Below, one piece after another: positions 15,001-26,489 of a stretch of DNA of 64,000 bases. Within the stretch, counting starts at the first letter, position 1. Each line of letters starts with the position of its first letter. A program made the translations under genes and the position numbers. Source of the stretch: Yuukianura sp. NJ FZ-2021 (Eukaryota); NCBI GenBank assembly GCA_046563655.1, contig CM102286.1, forward strand, positions 8,556,001 to 8,620,000, written 5' to 3'. Under the pieces are notes generated by a model. That model was not told where the DNA came from. It saw only the letters and a program-made list of their open reading frames with translations, and did no database searches.

Positions 15001-15474
15001 AGTACATGAGAGACAAACATTGTCTTCCTAAACAAAGCAAAACCGGGTCAGAGGTCAATAACTTCAACATTCGCAAACGCTGTGTTCACATCCAACACGA
15101 ACGGTAAATTCATTTGTGTGACAGAAAAAAAATCATAACAAATGGTAATTCAATTAGCTCCAAACTTAATTAACAAGCTGAAAGAGAAAGTTTTGTAATT
15201 TCGATTTTTCTAAAGCACTGACGAAGTGACGAAACAAAAGTTCGACATTCAGGCATTAACACATAATTTGATCCAAGCTGAAGCCCAGCTCAAAAACGTA
15301 GCCTAGCCTAACCTTAACAATTGGCTCAACGTTAAGCATTTTACGTCGAACAGTATTCATTCAAGACCAAAGGCATGATTAATGGATTCTAAAGCTATTG
15401 GTAGCTTGGGGTAAACTTACTGTTCGAAGAAATGATACATCATCCTGCTCCGAACTTCCTTCGTTGTCAGCCAT
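65..15474 (-). CDS. RyR: Ryanodine receptor, 5' portion (multi-exon; continues beyond the left edge of the window)
   Basis: Exon 1 15474-15421 [18 protein letters not shown]|gtaag; exon 15027-14923 [35 protein letters not shown]; exon 14505-14407 [26 protein letters not shown]. Downstream exons encode MIR-domain ([15 protein letters not shown]), SPRY ([29 protein letters not shown]) and RyR-repeat ([19 protein letters not shown]) motifs. The last exon in the window is 279-65 ([28 protein letters not shown]). GT-AG boundaries and phases were consistent where checked. Confidence 0.98.
6091..6190 (-). CDS. RyR: RyR SPRY2 mutually exclusive exon B (100 nt)
   Basis: aag|GAGGAAAAA...ACAATCA|gtaagt encodes [33 protein letters not shown]; same length and phase as exon A. 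Confidence 0.92.
6489..6588 (-). CDS. RyR: RyR SPRY2 mutually exclusive exon A (100 nt)
   Basis: cag|TGTGTCAAG...ACAATTC|gtgagt encodes [33 protein letters not shown]; phase 0 to 1; paralogous to exon 6091-6190. Confidence 0.9.
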
Positions 15475-16539
15475 TTTATTGCAATACGCTTAACAATGAG
15501 CGGCAAACAAGGTCATAGTTTACGTCTTAGTTCAAAATTGTGCACAAGTAAAACAATGGTGACGAGCACTTAGGATCCGAAATAGTCATTGGCTGCGTTC
15601 AGCGATTAGTCAGATTCCAAACCCTGGTGACTTCAGACACAACTTTGACACAACTTTGGGAACTACACCGATAGAGGCCACAGAGGCTTCCACTAGCCAC
15701 GAATTCTAGAATATTCACACTTTTGAAAAACGAGATGCTAAGATTTTAAAAATAGATTTGCAAAATACTGGGAGCAATAGGAGACAAAGCAGCGTTGGTG
15801 GAGATGCTTCCCCTCCAGCCTAAACCAAACAACGGATTCAGATGTTGTGGCTGGAACGACTGAACATTTCACTACGGCTATTTTGCTCAATTGAAAAGAC
15901 CGACTTAGTTTTAGACTTAAGCGAAGCACGGCGTGCGCTTCTACGCCGACTCCAAACCATGCCAAAATCATTTTTAGAAAAAAGAAAGACACTCCACTTC
16001 TTGCAGTCAGACTTCACTCCAATTCCAATTCAACTCCCTACACTGTGAATAAGATACTTGCGAAACAGAGATACTTGGCAAGAGAACAAATATTCCTTCC
16101 GTATCCGGGACTCTCGAACTCGCTTCTTCACATCCTAAGCAAAAATTAAAGTTGGATACATGAATACTTGGAGGAGAAATTCATATGAAGTTTCGTTTAT
16201 TAACCTGTAGTAAATTTTGGTAGAATAATTGATAACTCTTGACAAGACATTGAGAACCGAATGTATAAAATCAGTTGAGGGTTTTAGAATTAATTTTGTT
16301 TTTCCAAGAAATTAAATGTTTCAAGCCTTTTAAAGATGTCCTCCAAGTATTGTTGTTGTTGTTGCTTTTTTAAGTTAAAGTATCTTACGCTTATCAGAAT
16401 CAGTACGAGTGTAATGTGTATTAGTTTCGGTCATCCAGGAGATGTTAGCTATCATACCTTAGGTAGTATTTATTGTGTGTGGACATACAACATGCATGAC
16501 AGTAAGATTATTCTGGTGATGACCGGAACATGGGACTCC

Positions 16540-17860
16540 TCAGTTACGGTCGGTCTCCCGCATTTTCTGCTCCACTACATCGTAAGCATATTCAGATGAA
16601 TCGGTAGCCTGTAAAAACGCAAAAAGTAATAAAATTAGACCATCAGTGTGCCCAATAGTTTCCAGATGTTATTAGGGCAGAGTATGGAAACAGTACCTGG
16701 ATGGTTTTATGCACACCGACGAGGACTTTCTTCAATGCATCGAAACTGGAAGTATTCAACATCTTAGACCGTGTCTTTGCCGTATCCGGACACCAGTTCA
16801 TGAGGAACAATTTTTGCTTCTTTGTAGCCTAAAAAGAAATAGATTAGGATTAATAAACCACCAATTCATAAGTTGTAAGAATTCCGATATACTGTGAACA
16901 AGTCACGATCATTACCTCAGTGGTCCCTTGACACTGGTGAGAATATTCAAAGTCGAAGAGTCCGTAACGGCAGGAGGCAGGACCATCTTCTTGAAGGGCC
17001 TTGATAAAATCGTCATAAGTAGCATCACGTGGACCTAGACAAAAGGAAATCGGTTATACATGAAGACATACGAACAGTGTGTCCATTTTCAAGACCACGT
17101 CATCAAAAAACAAGGCATGTTCGGTATGTGCTCACCTAGGTGCTCTACTTCGATTTGCTTCTCATCCTTGATGTAGTAAATGACAAAGCGATGCTTCTTG
17201 TCCTTCTTGATCTCATCGTATTTAACCTTACAATCATCCGCTACTGTGACGCCGGAAGACTGAAATAGAATAAGAATACTGTTCACTTTAACCGAACTTA
17301 AAAAGGCAGCAGTGCGGTTGTCGTCAGGAAATCGTTGTCTTCGAGCAGGCCAATCAAACAAATGTCGATTCGTTACTTAACGTTAATTTAGGAATTTAGC
17401 TACTTCCAGATGAAAATTCATGGTTTGCCAGCATGTTAGATGTACGTCAAGGAGTACAGTATCGATACCTTTACGTTAATCCTGATAAAATCAATAATAG
17501 GAGCAAAAAGCCGGGATCTTTATCTTAAGATCATTCAGGATCTAAGGAAACTGTAATGATCACAAATGTAGGGGATGGGCTACGGTTGGGTGGAAAGTCA
17601 TTGTTAAATTTAAACTGACATAACATGACTAAACGTCAAAATTTAAGGATTAAGAATAAGATAACCTCATCTGACCCAACCATGCAAGTACGAGTAAGCC
17701 GCCCCTGTCTTTTCGGCTTCCCTATGAATCATAGGCCCATGACAATGTAATTTCTTGAACTGTCGATTTCTAGCGACTTAATTGGCTACGCTCCTTGCCA
17801 GTTTGGTTTTTAGAAAGCCGGAGTCAGTAGTGCGTTTAGTATTGTTAAGTGACTTACCAT
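16540..17860 (-). CDS. tsr: ADF/cofilin (twinstar-like), 5 coding exons
   Basis: ATG-only first coding segment (17860-17858, then gtaagt), typical of ADF/cofilin genes. The next exons give SSGVTVADDCKVKYDEIKKDKKHRFVIYYIKDEK, CRYGLFDFEYSHQCQGTTE, KKQKLFLMNWCPDTAK...SSFDALKK and ATDSSEYAYDVVEQKMRETDRN*, with the stop at 16542-16540. Confidence 0.95.
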
Positions 17861-18839
17861 TATTGAATTTTGAGTGTAGATTTGACTCCAAAATCGCAAG
17901 TAATCGTGAGGGCGAGTAAAATGGCAGGAGGAAACAGGAAAGAGTAGACACACGTATCGAACTATTCAAAGAAAGAAAGATGACTGTCGAGTGAGTCGAA
18001 TGCCGAAGTTAGCAACCACAGGGAGCGAGCGGAGCGGCAGAAGCAGGGATCATCGGACTCTCCCTTTCCCGTTTCTCCCCTCTTTTGGTAATGCAGTACA
18101 AGAGCCAAGGAAAAAGAGAGAGAGGGAGAGAGAGAGAAGTGAGTAATGGGCTGACGTAAGCTTTTCCCTGCTTCCTCTGCCCTCTCATGCACTTTACTTG
18201 CAATACACCGAATTTCGCGTTCTCAGTCAGCTGACCATGACCAACAATCATCACAATTATCCAGAAAACATGTTTAACAACACCAATTAGAAATTAACCA
18301 GGAATTTTATATTGTCTATTTTTCTAAGAAGTCCACACAACCCATTCAAATTTAAACGCAATTTGTGGTCGAATTTGACCAAACTAAACGCGATCGTACC
18401 CATCATCGGGCATGACATTTTCTACAGTTTGTAATGTACCTGCGCGTGAATCATGTTTTGGTAAACAAAAATGATAAAGTACGTACATGTTATCTATCGA
18501 CCCTCCAAGCAACCGAAGTTGCCTCTGAGGAATCTGAGAAACGGAGATCAGGAATGAAATTCCTAAGGGATTTCTAAAGACTTTCCAAAGCATCCCGAAC
18601 AGGGATCTCAAAGGAAGATTCAAAACAGACCACGATTTTTTTTAGAAGTTCATAAGATTGGCTTCAGCAAGCCGAATTTAGTCTTGCGTATTGCGTTGCT
18701 TGCTAAACTTCATCAATCTTATCTTGGTTGGGTTCGAAAGCGGACTTCTTGAAAAAATAGACAATACATTTGCATAATATTTATTTAAAAATTGATTAAA
18801 TGTTGAATAATTAATTGAACAAAATAGAACGCAAGAACC

Positions 18840-21800
18840 TTAAATTAAACCCCGCTTCCTTTTGTAATCGTCCAAATTCAATGACCGCCTTGGAGCAGGT
18901 TCTCGAATTGGAGGGACCGAAGGTCGTGACACAACGGGAAGATTTACTGAACATAACATCAAAATTTTGATTAAACTCGGCATTGAAATTGAAACATTTG
19001 CAAATCAAAAGCATTGCTCAAAATGTGAATCTTACGTGGTAACTTTGCATCAAGTTCCAAATTAATATCAAAGTCATGGGCCGAAAACAAATCATTGGTG
19101 GTTAAAACTTTCTTCGGTTTTCCATCTATTCCGACCACATCAATCTTTAGCGGAGCTGTTATGTCCAACGCTTCCAAAGGAGGCAATTTCTGCAACAATA
19201 CAACAGCATGCTTAGTTATTAAACTAATCATAATAAGATTCCATCCTGGAGCGATCATGTAACTTATATTTAGAATGAGGATCTTACAATTACAGGTTTT
19301 TCTTCAACTGGAGCTGGAGGAGGTTGTGGATCATCTGTCACTGTCGTATTTTCAGCATTTTCATTCTCATCGTCATCTCCACGGCGCAGCAGGTCTTCGT
19401 TCTTGATATCATCGATGGCAGTGATTTCTTGAATTTCATCTAGGTCTAATTTCACGGCCGTAGTGTTGAAGCTGGTATCAGGAGTATAAGGAGAAAGTTG
19501 CCCCGGCGTTAAAACTCCGCCAGGAGTTAAACGATTGACCACCATCGGCATTGGTTTCGTGTTGCGCCTTGTAAACGGATCCTCCACTTTCTTTCCTTTA
19601 CTCTCTTTAAGTTCCTCCTAAAGTAATAACGAAAAACATATTATGTAGTGTTTTTGTTCTATACTCATATGCTGTACTACGTACTAATTTCTTGATTATG
19701 TTTACCATGATGGCCATTTCCGCCTTCTCCACATTCTTCTTCCGATTGCGTTCGTTGATATAACTAATACTTTGTATGCTTTGGGATCTTGCTTTGTCTA
19801 ATTCTTTAGCCCGTTCATCCAGTTCCGCAATTTCCCTTCCAATTTCTTCCACCCGCATGTCATCTCCTCTAAAATCCGGAAGCAACACATCAATTTTTCC
19901 AACCATGAAGGCTTAGTCGTTTGAAATTTTACCGTTGTTGAGCAGTTTCCTTTTCCTTCATCAGTTGCGTCTTCCTTACGGCGAAGTTTACTGGCGACTG
20001 TTTGAATCGTTGTTTCTCTTGAATGATCTAATAGATGCCGAGAAAAGAATCTATGTTATTCAACTATTCAATGATAATAAGTGCTCAGAGCAATTGCTTT
20101 TATAACTTACGTGCTCAACATCAGCGTCTTTAAATTGATAATTACTGGCCTCCTTCAACTCCATTTCCTTCTTTTCAACATCTTGCATAGTAGGTGGACT
20201 AAGGTTGGCAGAACGGCAAGATTGAAGCCATTTGAGGAATTCATCGTCTGTGAACTCTTGTGAGCTTATAAACTCCAGTCGAAAGACCCTTTCGTCCAAT
20301 CCATGTCGGAGTCTAAATCCTTTGTTAGTTCTTATCGAACTCCCTAATTTGTAGATTTTCGGTGTCTCTACTACGTCGATAATTTCAGCAATCTGAAGAA
20401 TGACGAAACAAGCAAAAACATCCAGGTTCAGTTACATTCTATGTCAGTTACACTCTAAATATAATTTAAGAACAAACGGATCGAAGTACCCGGTAGACTG
20501 ATTTCTGCTCCTTCGGATTGTGCCCAATTCCTAGACGAACAAACATTCCTTTCGCCAAGGTATTGAAGAAAGGGTAGTGAAGATATTTCTCAATCTTTTG
20601 CCTGGATAAGCGGAGACGACTGAGCTGCGCGTTATTAGTGATGATAATCGGCTTTCTACAACAATTTGGTAAAACGTAACGATTAATAATTACATTCGAA
20701 GTCGAAGACGAAGAGTTAATAACTGTAGCTAAAAACTATGAGACTGAATTACTTGTGCTCAGACTCGGAGTCGGAATCGCTGGATGAGCTGCTTCCGCCT
20801 CTGTCTCGTTTTACCTTCAATGTCGATCCAGCCTCAACATCTGACCCACTGTCATCAGAGTAAATGTCTGAAGCTTTAAGCTTCTTCTTCATTGATCTTT
20901 CAGTGATGGCAGATGACACATCATCTTTGACATCGAAGTCGTCTTCACCTGCGCCTACAGCAGTCATTTCCTCCCGTCGCTTCTCTTGTTCCAGTCTTTG
21001 TTTCTCTTTTTCTTCTTCTCGTTCCTTTTTCGCTTCACGTTTCGCTTTGAGCAAATCCATTGCCTGACTCTTTTTGTCTGTTCTTCCTTCTACCGTCTTC
21101 TTCCTTTCCTTGCTTCGCTCTTTGGCGTCCATCTTGAATTTCGACATTAAGTTGTCAGATTTCTTTTGCCTAAACAACAAATAGAAACTCAAACATCTGT
21201 GAAGCTATAGCGTCAATCAAAAAGTAAACGTACATTTTCCGTTCTTTCTTCCTGGCTTGTTTCAATTTCTTCTCGATTTCATATCTGGTCTTTTTAATTT
21301 CACGAGCTTCAACTCGTTTAAAAATTTCTTGCTCTCTTTCCTTTTCGGTCATTTCGCTGAGACGTTTCTTGTCTTCGTCGTCGCCCATGAGATTTTCGTC
21401 ATATCCATCGTCAAACTCCCCATCAGAGCTTTCGTCGTCTGAGTCCGAGCTGGAGACTTCACCTTCTTCGAGATCAGAAGCGGTTGCTTTCTTTGGTGGG
21501 GAAGAGGATTCAGTAGATTTCACTGCAGGAAACGTTTCGTCCTCGTCTGATTTATCATCTTCTTCATCAGATCCAACAGTTGAATTTCTGGCTGAAGACT
21601 TTTTGGTTTTCTTTTTCTTCTTCTTGTGCTTTGTTTTTGCACCCCAATCTGAACCGGATCCCGAAGAATCCGAATCGTACATCTCCTTCAATTTCTTTGG
21701 TGCAGGCGTAGATACCGGGGATACAGCTTTCTTCTTCTTGGATAGTAGCAGCATCTCCTGATAGATAACAGAAAACAATCGTATACACCATTAGGAACCC

Positions 21801-21971
21801 GTATGATTATGGTGATTGATACGTTTTTATGCCAATCAAATTAGTTTAAAGCGTTTCAATTTTCTTTCGTACCTGCTCTAGGTCAGATCCAGATCCTGAC
21901 CCTGCATCACTGTCACTGTTCAGCATATTACCCTTACGCTTCAATCCACCGCTACCACCGCTTCCTACCAT
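18840..21971 (-). CDS. Rtf1: RNA polymerase-associated protein Rtf1 (PAF1 complex; Plus3 domain)
   Basis: ATG at 21971; HMD region [32 protein letters not shown]; Plus3 exons ([16 protein letters not shown]...[24 protein letters not shown]); [21 protein letters not shown]-terminus [16 protein letters not shown]. Confidence 0.95.
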
Positions 21972-23596
21972 TGCTCGACTAACTTCTTATGAATAGGCCA
22001 CTGTACACTGTAGTATCGTTGATCTTGCCAAGCAGGAGACAACTAACTATACACAGAAAATACGAGGCAAACCGTAGTAAGCAAAAATTATAATACATAA
22101 TGCACGAAAACCGAATTCCAAGTTCAAAACACTTTTACACAAGTTTGCAATAAAAGAAAATGATAAATCTTATACCTTGACGTTCAGTTTTCAAAACGTT
22201 CAACGATCAGCAACCATTCGAGAACACGGAAATATCCAAATATCTCGCGGACTCCTTTGTTGTTAGTATTCAGACAATGAACAAGACCATCGTTACACAA
22301 CAAATACGGGATCTCCAACTTTCAGTGATTGATAAATGGAGATGAATGACGTCTTTGACCAGGACGATGACCCACTAAAAACACTTACGAACTTGACAAT
22401 GACTAATGACACAAACAGGCACAACCCTTTCAAGGGAAAGAAAGATGTTTTTAAAATTGCAGCCCTTCGGTCGGACTAAACTGCAAATGGGAAATGATAA
22501 AGTAAAGAAATGTGAAGTGTAAAATGGCAAAATATAGACTGTCAAACTTTTATCAGGAAGTCGATAAATACCTGTAGTACTTTGCTCTTAATTTAATATG
22601 ACTTAAACAACATACGTAATACAAACAAAATTGATACATTATAATAATACGTAAATGTAATACGTATACGTGTTTAAGATCCAAATTAAGAATAATTCGA
22701 AAAGTCCAAGTTCTTCGAAGAAATGTCAAATAAGATTGGCATTTGCAATACTGAGGTTGATCCAGTTGAATCACCAGTTTCGCACGAATTCCAGTCAAGC
22801 AGGCAAACCCATCCATTTCACGGGCGACAGAATCCAAACAATGCGGGTACGAATACGATTCGTGTGCCAACATAAATCTTTAGTTAATTTTCATTAATAT
22901 AAATTGATGTAAACACTTTAAGTAATGAATGCAATTGAATGCAATTAAACAAAAGCCGTGGAAATTATACGTGACCTTAATCTAATAGTCTATAAGTCAG
23001 TCAACGTAACTAAACATTAAATAAAGGCGTTGGAGTTTCACGGTGTAAAAACTGCGAGGATACTTACCGGCTACGCTGGAGTGGAAACTAAAATAGCAGG
23101 CTTTAACCTAACATACCCGGCAACATACAAGCGACATTCGTAAACTGTAAAGTGTAGGCACCCATTGTTGTAGTAGATGCAGTGTTACACAGTCCGGATT
23201 CAAGTTGTTCGTTACGCCTTATTCCCAACAAGAATTTTAACGGAGAAGCGAAAAAATGAAACTGGAGACTAATAAATTAATTTTAATCCTCAAATATAAG
23301 CAGAATTTTATGAAAATTCATAGAAATTGGAATGAAGTGTCCGAAAATTATGTGCAAATAGCCTAGAATATTTTGCATTTAAATTCGTATAAATCTATAG
23401 ACTAATTAGGGGTTAGGGCTCAGGCTTGACGACGGGGTGCCAACGTTTTTGGCACTTTGTGATTGTGTTGTAAATTCAGTTCATGTCAAAAGGTTCCATT
23501 CTGGTTCCTTTTGTTCTCAGCAATTTTAGTTGAATAGACGCGGAGGCGGTGAACCGACACGGTGAAAAGGAAACACTTGAAGACTTCAAGGCATCT

Positions 23597-26489
23597 CTAC
23601 CCTGGACGGACGCCCAACTTTTCTAATACTCGAACTCCCTTTTCTTGAAATTCCTCTCTGGACATCCAAAATGTTTCTTTATCCTTCATTACATTTGCCA
23701 AAACGGCACCGCCAATGAACACCATGTCCTTTCTCCTTGGTGGATCCTCAATTTTAATTTTGAATTTCTGTGATACAAAATCCAAACATCACTAGCAAAA
23801 TTCAACATTGATAAGTTTACCTTAACGCCAGTAAGCATACGCAATGTATAAACTTACAGAAAGTTTGTCCGCTTCTCCCTTGAGTACACGCTCCAAGTAT
23901 AGTTGTTTGATTTCCCTTTCCAGACGACTAGGAAGACCAGGGTACATAGTGGAACCACCAGACAAAACAATATGTTTGTACAACTCCGGTCGAATGTCGA
24001 TATCCGCTTGCTGAATGGTACTGAAAACAAGCTCTGCAATCCCTGTAAAGTAAATACGGTTTAGTCAATGAGCTATTATGACAATGGGCCAAATGTTAAC
24101 AACAAGAACGCCAGTGGCGGTGGAAACGTATTGTTATAGTACCTTGTCCTTCTACATTGATAAGGTGGGGTTGAAAAAGTGCTTCGGGAGCCTCGAACCT
24201 TTCACCTCCGACTTTGATTACTCTGCCGTCGGGTAACTGTAAAATATAAGTAAAAAAAAACGATGAGTTTAGGTTTTACTTTTACTTCATATTTTCTGAT
24301 TCGCTTACCGTGTAAGACTCGACAAGAACAGTTGTTTCTAAGGCTAATCTCTGCTCTGTTTCCAAATTGTAGCCAATGTAGCAAAGTTTTTCCTTCATCA
24401 TTCGAACGGTTTCGAAGTCGGCAGAATGGTTAAATGCATACCCCCGAAGCAGAAGTAGCTGCAATGCAATTGAACAAACAAGGTCACATCGAATGTAGTG
24501 CGAAGCTTAAAATTAAGGCACAAATGTCTGTCTATGATTGAATACCTTTATAAGATATCTGGTAATGTCTCTTCCCGCAATGTCCAGCCTACGAGTTAGA
24601 TGGGGTAGCGCAAAACCATCGTACACCGGGCAAATGTGAGTGACACCGTCGCCGGAATCCACAACAACTCCAGTCAGAAGCCCTTGTGCGTAGAGAGTAA
24701 GTACTGCTTGGATTGCTATGTAGGCTCCCGCGAATCCATACTTCTCGAACATTACCTAAACAGCATCAGCAGAATATTGACAACACATCACAATAAGATC
24801 AATTCATACAATTAATAAAGCCAAATAATACAAGATAACCTCACCTCAATCATTTTTTCACGGTTTTTGGTAGGATTCATCGGTGGCTCTGTAAGCATGA
24901 CTTTGCATTCGGTGGGATTTATGTTCATTTTCTCCGGTCCAAAAGTGTAATCCCATAAATGAATCATGTCTTCCCAGTTCCTGGTTCACAAAATTGAAAT
25001 ATTTCTAATTAAGTTAAAGCTTCGAATACTTATCAAAAATACGTCTTCAAGCATTGATCTGTCCAACCCATAAGCTTACCGAACGATTCCATTTTCCATT
25101 GGATAATTTACTTCCAACATAGACCTCAGTTGACTCGCGTCATCCCCCAGCATTAAGTCCTGAATGATTTTCAAAATGTTGTAAATTAGTATTTCATCAC
25201 GGATTCCATGCGTCTACGAAGCGGTTAACACTTTCAATGAACAAATATGCAATTATAACATGCAATGAAATTGTTTTCGTTCAAAATCAAAGGTCAGCAA
25301 ATAAAATTAGAATTATTAACGTTGAAAACGTGGAGCTTTAAGTAAGGCTCAATTTCATGCACTGGAGTCACTGGAGCCTGATAAACAATAGTGCTTTCGA
25401 AATACTCCATGTGAAAGCCAAAGCCAAGGGACTCATGCTGCTCCCAAAGGTCATCAATGCCAAGGGATTCATGCTGTTCTCAAAGGTCATCTTACGGGTA
25501 TCTGTTGATCCATCTTGGGCAGCGATTTAAAAAAATTAAAACTTATTAAATCGTCAATTTAATTCTACACCTCCCTAACGTTATACTGTTATTATTTTCA
25601 TTAGCATTTCAGTGGTGAGTAAAACGAAAAACGATGGTCAAGGCCACATCGAAGGTCGGAGGTGCGATTTTAAAATCAAGTCAGGATTGTTAAGATAAAG
25701 TTCGATGTTCCAAGCGAGTTAAAGTTTTTTCAAATATCTATTAGAATCTCCAGTGAGCACTCTGCAGTCTGCAGCGTTAACATTCAATACACTAGCATTA
25801 CAAACGCGTCAGAAACTTACTTTAACCTCAATTCCCTGCATGAAAAAAGAAAAAGAATGTTAAAATTCAAAGTTTGAAGTTGCGCAACTTATGAAATACA
25901 CTAGCCTAGATATATTAGTCGTATTCCCCGGTATCCCAGTAAGTATATTACCTAGGAATTAAGAATGACCCAAAAGTTCAATACGGCATCTAAAACCATA
26001 AAGCCCGTAGGAACTTATACTAACACCACGTTTTTAAAGGTAGGTAGCATGATAAAAGGTACATCATACGCTATGATTCGTAACCCAAGCTCGTTATCCT
26101 AAAACTTTAAAATGTACTGGTTTGTGAGATCAGCAGTTCTGTCAAGTAAATCATTTCATAAGGATCCGGTATCGTACGCGATGTCATAGCGTAGGTAACT
26201 TCCAGTACTTGTGCGAAATTCGTTTAAGCTACGTAGTAAGTACCTTGACTTCTATATCGCCGATTTTGTTGGCAGCTCTTATAATCGGCCTTCCTACCAT
26301 TGATGGGAATATATGTTCCGGAAAGTTGGATCCCGCATATCCACATTTGACAAACTGTAATAAAAAAGAAACATTTAAAGCCAAATGTATAATTTACTAC
26401 TTAACATTTACATTGGTTTAAATCTAGAAGAGCAATCTTACCCCGGTTCCATTATCACACACTATAACTTTCCTTCCTTGACTATCCAT
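23597..26489 (-). CDS. Arp2: Actin-related protein 2 (Arp2/3 complex)
   Basis: [16 protein letters not shown] (26489-26442); [26 protein letters not shown] (26354-26244); [58 protein letters not shown]...EKLGVRPG*. Confidence 0.97.
25420..25491. repeat. Two-copy ~37-bp direct tandem repeat in an Arp2 intron
   Basis: gccaagggactcatgctgctcccaaaggtcatc followed by gccaagggattcatgctgttctcaaaggtcatc. Confidence 0.8.
25821..25835 (-). CDS. Arp2: Putative 15-nt Arp2 D-loop microexon (GIEVK)
   Basis: ttctttttctttttttcatgcag|GGAATTGAGGTTAAA|gtaagt: strong polypyrimidine tract and consensus donor, phase 0-0, inside the only long Arp2 intron. Confidence 0.8.

Noticed and set aside
22553..22897. Overlapping ORFs between Arp2 and Rtf1
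   Set aside because: AT-rich UTR/intergenic composition, non-ATG starts and no recognisable protein features.
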